Shown: positions 28,001-40,000 of the stretch, in pieces | Layout: each line of letters starts with the position of its first letter | How positions within the stretch are numbered: position 1 is the stretch's first letter | Assembly (NCBI GenBank): GCA_040954595.2 | Contig: CM082590.2 | Span: 5,828,001 to 5,892,000, forward strand | DNA length: 64,000 nucleotides | Direction: 5' to 3' | From: Balanoglossus misakiensis | Lineage: Eukaryota; Animalia; Hemichordata | Notes under the pieces: generated by a model | What the model saw: the letters and a program-made list of their open reading frames with translations, nothing else | What the model was told of the DNA's origin: nothing | The model's database searches: none | Position numbers and translations under genes: made by a program

Positions 28001-31000
28001 TGTCTGTCACCTAATACAATTGATCATAAGGAGGTGCCATATAATTTGTCATTGTCCGTTGAATCAAAACTACTCCCTCTATCGGGTCAGGTGTTGTACA
28101 GGCAGGTGTTGAATCATGACGGTCGATGCCAATCCTATCTTTGAGACTTTCTATCTCCGCTTTCAGTGATGTGGAGAGTATCAGATAGGGCGATTGTCTG
28201 TCGGCCTCCAGCATCTGCCAACTCCTGTCTGTCACCTAATACAATTGATCATAAGGAGGTGCCATATAATTTGTCATTGTCCGTTGAATCAAAACTACTC
28301 CCTCTATCGGGTCAGGTGTTGTACAGGCAGGTGTTGAATCATGACAGTCGATGCCAATCCTATCTTTGAGACTTTCTATCTCCGCTTTCAGTGATGTGGA
28401 GAGTATCAGATAGGGCGATTGTCTGTCGGCCTCCAGCATCTGCCAACTCCTGTCTGTCACCAAATACAATTGATCATAAGGAGGTGCCATATAATTTGTC
28501 TTTGTCCTTTGAATCAAAACTACTCCCTCTATCGGGTCAGGTGTTGTACAGGCAGGTGTTGACTCATGATTATGGAAAAGTTGTGAAACTATTGTTGCAA
28601 TATGGAGCTGATATTGACTGCAAAAACAAGGTACAATCTTCCACTTTTATATTTTATTCCATAACACTCTAGACCTACACCATGTGTTCTGATCAACTCC
28701 TATTTTCTCAAGTAGTTAATCTTCATAATCTTTAAATTTTTAAATGGACAATTTTATCAAAGTCTTGAAAATGCCTGAACACTATTTTAACCAAGCACTC
28801 TTAAAACAGTATGAATTTGCACAATGGTCTTCTTTCCAATTGTAGTTTTTGTGGTAAATTGTGTTGAGGATACAATGTATCTAATTGTCATTGTCCTTTG
28901 AATAAAAAATACTCCCTCTATCGGGTCAGGTGTTGTACAGGCAGGTGTTGACTCATGACGGTCGATGCCAATCCTATCTTTGAGACTTTCTATCTCCACT
29001 TTCATTGATGTGGAGAGTATCAGATAGGGCGATTGTCTGTCGGCCTCCAGCATCTGCCAACTCCTGTCTGTCACCTAGTACAATTGATCATAAGGAGGTG
29101 CCATATAATTTGTCATTGCCCATTGAATCAAAACTACTCCCTCTATAGGGTCAGGTGTTGTACAGGCAGGTGTTGACTCATGACGGTCGATGCCAATCCT
29201 ATCTTTGAGACTTTCTATCTCCACTTTCAGTGATGTGGAGAGTATCAGATAGGGCAATTGTCTGTCGGCCTCCAGCATCTGCCAAATCCTGTCTGTCACC
29301 TAATACAATTGATCATAAGGAGGTGCCATATAATTTGTCATTGCCCATTGAATCAAAACTACTCCCTCTATAGGGTCAGGTGTTGTACAGGCAGGTGTTG
29401 AATCATGACGGTCGATGCCAATCCTATCTTTGAGACTTTCTATCTCCAATTTCAGTGATGTGGAGAGTATCAGAAAGGGCGATTGTCTGTCGGCCTCCAG
29501 CATCTGCCAAATCCTGTCTGTCACCTAATACAATTGATCATAAGGAGGTGCCATATAATTTGTCATTGCCCATTGAATCAAAACTACTCCCTCTATAGGG
29601 TCAGGTGTTGTACAGGCAGGTGTTGAATCATGACGGTCGATGCCAATCCTATCTTTGAGACTTTCTATCTCCAATTTCAGTGATGTGGAGAGTATCAGAT
29701 AGGGTGATTGTCTGTCGGCCTCCAGCATCTGCCAACTCCTGTCTGTCACCTAATACAATTGATCATAAGGAGGTGCCATATAATTTGTCATTGTCCTTTG
29801 AATCAAAACTACTCCCTCTATCGGGTCAGGTGTTGTACAGGCAGGTGTTGACTCATGACGGTCGATGCCAATCCTATCTTTGAGACTATCTATCTCCACT
29901 TTCTGTGATGTGGAGAGTATCAGATAGGGCGATTGTCTGTCGGCCTCCAGCATCTGCCAACTCCTGTCTGTCACCTAATACAATTGATCATAAGGAGGTG
30001 CCATATAATTTGTCATTGCCCATTGAATCAAAACTACTCCCTCTATCGGGTCAGGTGTTGTACAGGCAGGTGTTGAATCATGACGGTCGATGCCAATCCT
30101 ATCTTTGAGACTTTCTATCCCCACTTTCAGTGATGTGGAGATTATCAGATAGGGTGATTGTCTGTCGGCCTCCAGCATCTGCCAACTCCTGTCTGTCACC
30201 TAATACAAATGATCATAAGGAGGTGCCATATAATTTGTCATTGTCCTTTGAATCAAAACTACTCCCTCTATCGGGTCAGGTGTTGTACAGGCAGGTGTTG
30301 ACTCATGACGGTCGATGCCAATCCTATCTTTGAGACTTTCTATCTCCACTTTCAGTGATGTGGAGCGTATCAGATAGGGCGATTGTCTGTCGGCCTCCAG
30401 CATCTGCCAACTCCTGTCTGTCACCTAATACAATTGATCATAAGGAGGTGCCATATAATTTGTCATTGCCCATCAAAACTACTCCCTCTATCGGGTCAGG
30501 TGTTGTACAGGCAGGTGTTGACTCATGACGGTCGATGCCAATCCTATCTTTGAGACTTTCTATCCCCACTTTCAGTGATGTGGAGATTATCAGATAGGGT
30601 GATTGTCTGTCGGCCTCCAGCATCTGCCAACTCCTGTCTGTCACCTAATACAAATGATCATAAGGAGGTGCCATATAATTTGTCATTGTCCTTTGAATCA
30701 AAACTACTCCCTCTATCGGGTCAGGTGTTGTACAGGCAGGTGTTGACTCATGACGGTCGATGCCAATCCTATCTTTGAGACTTTCTATCTCCACTTTCAG
30801 TGATGTGGAGAGTATCAGATAGGGCAATTGTCTGTCGGCCTCCAGCATCTGCCAACTCCTGTCTGTCACCTAATACAATTGATCATAAGGAGGTGCCATA
30901 TAATTTGTCATTGCCCATTGAATCAAAACTACTCCCTCTATCGGGTCAGGTGTTGTACAGGCAGGTGTTGACTCATGACGGTCGATGCCAATCCTATCTT

Positions 31001-34000
31001 TGAGACTTTCTATCTCCGCTTTCAGTGATGTGGAGAGTATCAGATAGGGCGATTGTCTGTCGGCCTCCAGCATCTGCCAACTCCTGTCTGTCACCTAATA
31101 CAATTGATCATAAGGAGGTGCCATATAATTTGTCATTGCCCATTGAATCAAAACTACTCCCTCTATCGGGTCAGGTGTTGTACAGGCAGGTGTTGACTCA
31201 TGACGGTCGATGCCAATCCTATCTTTGAGACTTTCTATCCCCACTTTCAGTGATGTGGAGATTATCAGATAGGGTGATTGTCTGTCGGCCTCCAGCATCT
31301 GCCAACTCCTGTCTGTCACCTAATACAAATGATCATAAGGAGGTGCCATATAATTTGTCATTGTCCTTTGAATCAAAACTACTCCCTCTATCGGGTCAGG
31401 TGTTGTACAGGCAGGTGTTGACTCATGACGGTCGATGCCAATCCTATCTTTGAGACTTTCTATCTCCACTTTCAGTGATGTGGAGAGTATCAGATAGGGC
31501 AATTGTCTGTCGGCCTCCAGCATCTGCCAACTCCTGTCTGTCACCTAATACAATTGATCATAAGGAGGTGCCATATAATTTGTCATTGCCCATTGAATCA
31601 AAACTACTCCCTCTATCGGGTCAGGTGTTGTACAGGCAGGTGTTGACTCATGACGGTCGATGCCAATCCTATCTTTGAGACTTTCTATCTCCGCTTTCTG
31701 TGATGTGGAGAGTATCAGATAGGGCGATTGTCTGTCGGCCTCCAGCATCTGCCAACTCCTGTCTGTCACCTAATACAATTGATCATAAGGAGGTGCCATA
31801 TAATTTGTCATTGCCCATTGAATCAAAACTACTCCCTCTATCGGGTCAGGTGTTGTACAGGCAGGTGTTGACTCATGACGGTCGATGCCAATCCTATCTT
31901 TGAGACTTTCTATCCCCACTTTCAGTGATGTGGAGATTATCAGATAGGGTGATTGTCTGTCGGCCTCCAGCATCTGCCAACTCCTGTCTGTCACCTAATA
32001 CAAATGATCATAAGGAGGTGCCATATAATTTGTCATTGTCCTTTGAATCAAAACTACTCCCTCTATCGGGTCAGGTGTTGTACAGACAGGTGTTGACTCA
32101 TGACGGTCGATGCCAATCCTATCTTTGAGACTTTCTATCCCCACTTTCAGTGATGTGGAGATTATCAGATAGGGTGATTGTCTGTCGGCCTCCAGCATCT
32201 GCCAACTCCTGTCTGTCACCTAATACAAATGATCATAAGGAGGTGCCATATAATTTGTCATTGTCCTTTGAATCAAAACTACTCCCTCTATCGGGTCAGG
32301 TGTTGTACAGACAGGTGTTGACTCATGACGGTCGATGCCAATCCTATCTTTGAGACTTTCTATCTCCACTTTCAGTGATGTGGAGCGTATCAGATAGGGC
32401 GATTGTCTGTCGGCCTCCAGCATCTGCCAACTGCTGTCTGTCACCTAATACAATTGATCATAAGGAGGTGCCATATAATTTGTCATTGTCCTTTGAATCA
32501 AAACTACTCCCTCTATCGGGTCAGGTGTTGTACAGGCAGGTGTTGACTCATGACGGTCGATGCCAATCCTATCTTTGAGACTTTCTATCCCCACTTTCAG
32601 TGATGTGGAGATTATCAGATAGGGTGATTGTCTGTCGGCCTCCAGCATCTGCCAACTCCTGTCTGTCACCTAATACAAATGATCATAAGGAGGTGCCATA
32701 TAATTTGTCATTGTCCTTTGAATCAAAACTACTCCCTCTATCGGGTCAGGTGTTGTACAGACAGGTGTTGACTCATGACGGTCGATGCCAATCCTATCTT
32801 TGAGACTTTCTATCCCCACTTTCAGTGATGTGGAGATTATCAGATAGGGTGATTGTCTGTCGGCCTCCAGCATCTGCCAACTCCTGTCTGTCACCTAATA
32901 CAAATGATCATAAGGAGGTGCCATATAATTTGTCATTGTCCTTTGAATCAAAACTACTCCCTCTATCGGGTCAGGTGTTGTACAGACAGGTGTTGACTCA
33001 TGACGGTCGATGCCAATCCTATCTTTGAGACTTTCTATCTCCACTTTCAGTGATGTGGAGCGTATCAGATAGGGCGATTGTCTGTCGGCCTCCAGCATCT
33101 GCCAACTGCTGTCTGTCACCTAATACAATTGATCATAAGGAGGTGCCATATAATTTGTCATTGTCCTTTGAATCAAAACTACTCCCTCTATCGGGTCAGG
33201 TGTTGTACAGGCAGGTGTTGACTCATGACGGTCGATGCCAATCCTATCTTTGAGACTTTCTATCTCCACTTTCAGTGATGTGGAGAGTATCAGATAGGGC
33301 AATTGTCTGTCGGCCTCCAGCATCTGCCAACTCCTGTCTGTCACCTAATACAATTGATCATAAGGAGGTGCCATATAATTTGTCATTGCCCATTGAATCA
33401 AAACTACTCCCTCTATCGGGTCAGGTGTTGTACAGGCAGGTGTTGACTCATGACGGTCGATGCCAATCCTATCTTTGAGACTTTCTATCTCCGCTTTCAG
33501 TGATGTGGAGAGTATCAGATAGGGCGATTGTCTGTCGGCCTCCAGCATCTGCCAACTCCTGTCTGTCACCTAATACAATTGATCATAAGGAGGTGCCATA
33601 TAATTTGTCATTGCCCATTGAATCAAAACTACTCCCTCTATCGGGTCAGGTGTTGTACAGGCAGGTGTTGACTCATGACGGTCGATGCCAATCCTATCTT
33701 TGAGACTTTCTATCTCCACTTTCAGTGATGTGGAGAGTATCAGATAGGGCAATTGTCTGTCGGCCTCCAGCATCTGCCAACTCCTGTCTGTCACCTAATA
33801 CAATTGATCATAAGGAGGTGCCATATAATTTGTCATTGCCCATTGAATCAAAACTACTCCCTCTATCGGGTCAGGTGTTGTACAGGCAGGTGTTGACTCA
33901 TGACGGTCGATGCCAATCCTATCTTTGAGACTTTCTATCTCCGCTTTCAGTGATGTGGAGAGTATCAGATAGGGCGATTGTCTGTCGGCCTCCAGCATCT

Positions 34001-37000
34001 GCCAACTCCTGTCTGTCACCTAATACAATTGATCATAAGGAGGTGCCATATAATTTGTCATTGCCCATTGAATCAAAACTATTCCCTCTATCGGGTCAGG
34101 TGTTGTACAGGCAGGTGTTGACTCATGACGGTCGATGCCAATCCTATCTTTGAGACTTTCTATCTCCACTTTCAGTGATGTGGAGAGTATCAGATAGGGC
34201 AATTGTCTGTCGGCCTCCAGCATCTGCCAACTCCTGTCTGTCACCTAATACAATTGATCATAAGGAGGTGCCATATAATTTGTCATTGTCCTTTGAATCA
34301 AAACTATTCCCTCTATCGGGTCAGGTATTGTACTGGCAGGTGTTGACTCATGACGGTCGATGCCAATCCTATCTTTGAGACTTTCTATCTCCGCTTTCAG
34401 TGATGTGGAGAGTATCAGATAGGGCGATTGTCTGTCGGCCTCCAGCATCTGCCAACTCCTGTCTGTCACCTAATACAATTGATCATAAGGAGGTGCCATA
34501 TAATTTGTCATTGCCCATTGAATCAAAACTATTCCCTCTATCGGGTCAGGTGTTGTACAGGCAGGTGTTGACTCATGACGGTCGATGCCAATCCTATCTT
34601 TGAGACTTTCTATCTCCACTTTCAGTGATGTGGAGAGTATCAGATAGGGCAATTGTCTGTCGGCCTCCAGCATCTGCCAACTCCTGTCTGTCACCTAATA
34701 CAATTGATCATAAGGAGGTGCCATATAATTTGTCATTGTCCTTTGAATCAAAACTATTCCCTCTATCGGGTCAGGTATTGTACTGGCAGGTGTTGACTCA
34801 TGACGGTCGATGCCAATCCTATCTTTGAGACTTTCTATCTCCGCTTTCAGTGATGTGGAGAGTATCAGATAGGGCGATTGTCTGTCGGCCTCCAGCATCT
34901 GCCAACTCCTGTCTTTCACCTAATAATCTGACAATTCATTATTAGGAGATTTTTTCATTGTTTGAGATGTTTGAGTTTATGATGAGTATTTGTTGTTTGT
35001 TTTTTTATTCATTTGTTCAATTTAAGAAATTAACTCATTTCAGTTTTCTGACTTCCTCATCATGCTCCTCCTTCATTACTTACAGGATGGAAACACCCCT
35101 TTGCACTCTGCAGCAAGGTCTCGCAATGAAGGCGGTCTCAGATTGTTATTGGAACACAAAGCTGATGTGACCATTCAAAACAAGGTAAATGCCAACCTGG
35201 CTTCTGCAGGTTAATTCTATTAGTATTGAAACATTTATTTGTTTGTTGAAATCTCACATTACATTTTAAATTTTGTGACATTGTTCTCATGCTCCTCCTT
35301 CATTACTTACAGGATGGAAACACCCCTTTGCATCATGCAGCAGAGTATAACAATGAAGGCGGTCTCAGATTGTTATTGGAACACAAAGCTGATGTGACCA
35401 TACAAAACAAGGTAAATACCTACCTGGCTTCTGCAGGTTAATTCTATCAGTATAGAAACATTTATTTGTTTGTTTGTTTATTTGTTCGTTTAGGAAACCT
35501 CACAGAACATTTCAAATGTTATGACATTGTTCTCATGCTCCTCCTCCATTACATACAGAAATACTCACCAGAACGGTATTGGCAAGAAATTAAGTTACTC
35601 ACAAGGAAACTGCTTCATAATAATGGGTGACCACAGACAAGTTCTGTACCTCTGATAATGATACCAGTAACTTAGGTGCTCTATGCCAGTCAAAACACAG
35701 TATTTCACTCAAACCATAGACCCTAGAGAAAGAAGGACGCGCAACTGCGGCATAGATCAAAGGGTTTGGGGATTATTGGTATGACAATGTTCTTTTGCAT
35801 ATAATTAACACCTAGGACAGTTGGACAATGACTTCCTTACTTCGGCATGTGTCGACCCCACCAGTGATGTGAAAACTTGCCACCAAACTGACACTCCTGC
35901 ATTTCAGCAGCCACTGCGTTTTTTTCTACAATTCAAAAAGTATTACGTTGTCTGTGTTCATTATTATGGTTTGGTGTTCGTCTGTCGGTTGAACGGTCAT
36001 TTCTAGTGCCACAAGCTTCATTTAAAAAATGTAAACAAATCATCCATGTTTTTTGCATGTCCGACTGGGCACTCATATTTCTTGGTAATGCTGACACTTT
36101 TCGTAATAATTTTATGTTTGCGTGAAACATTGAAACAAAAATTGTGGTTTAGGGGCATTTTATTTCGCAGTGCGTGAACAATAAAACAGATTTCACGAAA
36201 ACAGTTTGTAAACAAACTGGGTGGATTTTCACGTTGCGCTATGGCCGCCATCTTGGTTTTTCATGGTTGATGACGGTGGGCAACCCTCAGTACAGTTAGC
36301 TCACAGCCTTGTCAAATACGCGGACTGTTAGACAAAAGATGCTTGTTTTGGACGCTGTCAGACTCAGAAGTGCCAAATTTGTGTTTAACTTGTCCAGATG
36401 TGTTCCATAAATGATCGCTGCAGTTCAACCTCGTTGCAGTTTTCTCGTCTTCTGCGAGATGTTGTGAGGTGTTTGTGATAACTTCACGCAAAACGCGAGA
36501 CTTTGCGTTAGTTTATCCATATTTAATTTGTAAATTGGATTATTGGGGGTTATCCGGAAATAATGTATGCAAAAGAACATCGTTTCAAGAAAAACCTGTA
36601 GTTGCGCGTCCTTCTTTCTCTAGGGTCTATGAACAAACACTTTCTGAACATTAATGGTCATCAAAGTCATCTCTAGTCTTTTGTCAAAACAAAGATTTCC
36701 CATCCATGTAAATTTTCTTGTCAGATCTTTACAAATTGATCCAAATCAGTTTTTCCCTCAAAACTGTCAAGATGAATAAAGGCACAATCTACTACCGATG
36801 TTTTCTTTAAATTGTTCATCGTTATGAGGAAATTTATCTGTTGTCTGAAATTCAACATTCTGACATGATGGACGAAATACACACAATGCATTCATTTAAT
36901 TCAACTCTATCATTTAAAGCTACATTGACGTGGAGACATCCAACTCAAAAAATGATATAAGCATCCTAAGTACTGTTGAAAAACTAGAGGTTAATTATCA

Positions 37001-40000
37001 ATTCAGTGTTAACGTTGGTTGTATGTTTGTTTGCGTTGTTTATGCAGAACTTTTCTTGTTGTACCTCTTACATGATGTTGTCTGTTTTTGTTTCTTGTAT
37101 AGGATGGCAACACAGCACTTCACATGGCAGCAATGGGCAAAAAGTATTGGGGGGATTATGGACAAGTTGTGAAACTATTGTTGCAATATGGAGCTGATAT
37201 TGACTGCAAAAACAAGGTACAATCTTCCACTTTTATATTTTATTCCATGACACTCTAGACCTACACCATGTGTTCTGATCAACTCCCATTTTCTAAAGTT
37301 GTTAATCTTCATAATCTTTGAATTTGAAATGATTAATGTTTATGCACATTTTTTCAAAGTCTTGAAAATGCCTGAACACTATTTTAACCAAACACTCCTA
37401 AAGCAGTATGAGTTTGCACAATGGTCTTTATTCCATTATAGTTTTTGTGGTAAATTTTCTTGAGGATAAAATGTATCTATTTGCCATTGTCCTTTGAATC
37501 AAAACTATTCCCTCTATCGGGTCAGGTGTTGTACAGGCAGGTGTTGACTCATGACGGTCGATGCCAATCCTATCTTTGAGACTTTCTATCTCCACTTTCA
37601 GTGATGTGGAGAGTATCAGATAGGGTGATTGTCTGTCGGCCTCCAGCATCTGCCAACTCCTGTCTGTCACCTAATACAATTGATCATAAGGAGGTGCCAT
37701 ATAATTTGTCATTGTCCTTTGAATCAAAACTACTCCCTCTATCACGTCAGGTGTTGTATAGGCAGGTGTTGACTCATGACGGTCGATGCCAATCCTATCT
37801 TTGAGACTTTCTATCTCCACTTTCAGTGATGTGGAGAGTATCAGATAGGGCGATTGTCTGTCGGCCTCCAGCATCTGCCAACTCCTGTCTGTCACCTAAT
37901 ACAATTGATCATAAGGAGGTGCCATATAATTTGTCATTGTCCTTTGAATCAAAACTACTCCCTCTATCACGTCAGGTGTTGTATAGGCAGGTGTTGACTC
38001 ATGACGGTCGATGCCAATCCTATCTTTGAGACTTTCTATCTCCACTTTCAGTGATGTGGAGCGTATCAGATAGGGCGATTGTCTGTCGGCCTCCAGCATC
38101 TGCCAACTCCTGTCTGTCACCTAATACAATTGATCATAAGGAGGTGCCATATAATTTGCCATTGTCCTTTGAATCAAAACTACTCCCTCTATCGGGTCAG
38201 GTGTTGTACAGGCAGGTGTTGACTCATGACGGTCGATGCCAATCCTATCTTTGAGACTTTCTATCTCCACTTTCAGTGATGTGGAGAGTATCAGATAGGG
38301 CGATTGTCTGTCGGCCTCCAGCATCTGCCAATCCTGTCTGTCACCTAATAATCTGACAATTCAATTTAAGATGTTCTCATTGTTTGAGATGTATGAGTTT
38401 GTGATGACTATTTGTTGTTGTTTTTTTTATTCATTTGTTCATTTTAAGAAATTAACTCATGTGACATTTCAGTTTTCTGACATCTTCATCATGCTCCTCC
38501 TTAATTACTTACAGGATGGAAACACCCCTTTGCACTCTGCAGCAGAGTATAACAATGAAGGCGGTCTCAGATTGTTATTGGAACACAAAGCTGATGTGAC
38601 CATACAAAACAAGGTAAATACCTACCTGGCTTCTGCAGGTTAATTCTATCAGTATAGAAACATTTATTTGTTTGTTTGTTTGTTTGTTCGTTTAGGAAAC
38701 CTAACAGAACGTTTCAAATGTTATGACATTGTTCTCATGCTCCTCCTCCATTACATACAGAAATACTCACCAGAACGGTGTTGGCAAGAAATTAAGGTAC
38801 TCACAAGGAAACTGCTTCATAATAATGGATGACCACAGACAAGTTCTGTACCTCTGATAATGATACCAGTAACTTAGGTGCTCTATGCGAGTCAAAACAC
38901 AGTATTTCACTCAAACAAACACTTTCTGAACATTAATGGTCATCAAAGTCATCTCTAGTCTTTTGTCTAAATAAAGATTTCCCATCCATGTAAATTTTCT
39001 GGTCTTATGCAGATCTTTACAAATTGATCCAAATCAGTTTTTCCCTCAAAACTGTCAAGATGAATAAAGGCACAATCTACTACCCATATTTTCTTTAAAT
39101 TATTCATCGTTATGAGGAAATTTATCTGTTGTCTGAAATTCAACATTCTGACATGGTGGACGAAATACACACAATGCATTCATTGAATTCAACTTTATCA
39201 TTTAAAGCTACATTGACGTGGAGACATCCAACTCAAAAATGATATAAGCATCCTAAGTACTGTTGAAAAACTAGAGGTTAATTATCAATTCAGTGTTACA
39301 GTTGGTAGTCTGTTTGGTGGCGCTGTTTATGCAGAACTTTTCTTGTTGTACCTCTTATATGATGTTGTCTGTTTTTTTTTCTTGGATAGGATGGCAACAC
39401 AGCACTCCACATGGCAGCAATGGGTGAAGAGTCGTATGGGGATTATGGAAAAGTTGTGAAACTATTGTTGCAATATGGAGCTGATATTCACTGCAAAGAT
39501 AAGGTATAATCTTCCACTTTTATATTTTATTCCATGACACTCTAGACCTACACCATGTGTTCTGATCAACTCCCATTTTCTCAAGTAGTTAATCTTCATA
39601 ATCTTTGAATTTGAAATGCACAATTTTATCAAAGTCTTGAAAATGCCTGAACACTATTTTAACCGAACACTCCTAAAACAGTATGAGTTTGCACAATGGT
39701 CTTCTTTCCATTGTAGTTTTTGTGGTAAATTTTATTGAGGATACAATGTATCTATTTGTCATTGTCCTTTGAATCAAAACTACTTCCTCTATCAGGTCAG
39801 GTGTTGTACTGGCAGGTGTTGACTCATGAAGGTCGATGCCAATCCTATCTTTGAGACTTTCTATCTCCACTTTCAGTGATATGGAGAGTATCAGATAGGG
39901 CGATTGTCTGTCAGCCTCCAGCATCTGCCAACTCCTGTCTGTCACCTAATACAATTGATCATAAGGAGGTGCCATATAATTTGTCATTGTCCTTTGAATC

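Noticed and set aside
20680-34919. Tandem 74-aa minus-strand ORFs (MTDRSWQ...) and 67-aa plus-strand ORFs as real genes
   Set aside because: They start at GTG directly after the previous stop and result from a period divisible by 3. Frame-breaking 50-, 5- and 1-bp deletions are tolerated and no domain is recognisable. The nearly open frame was noted but is unsupported.
20488-34925. CRISPR array
   Set aside because: Units are repeated over their whole length with no unique spacers, there are no cas genes, and the context is a eukaryotic intron.
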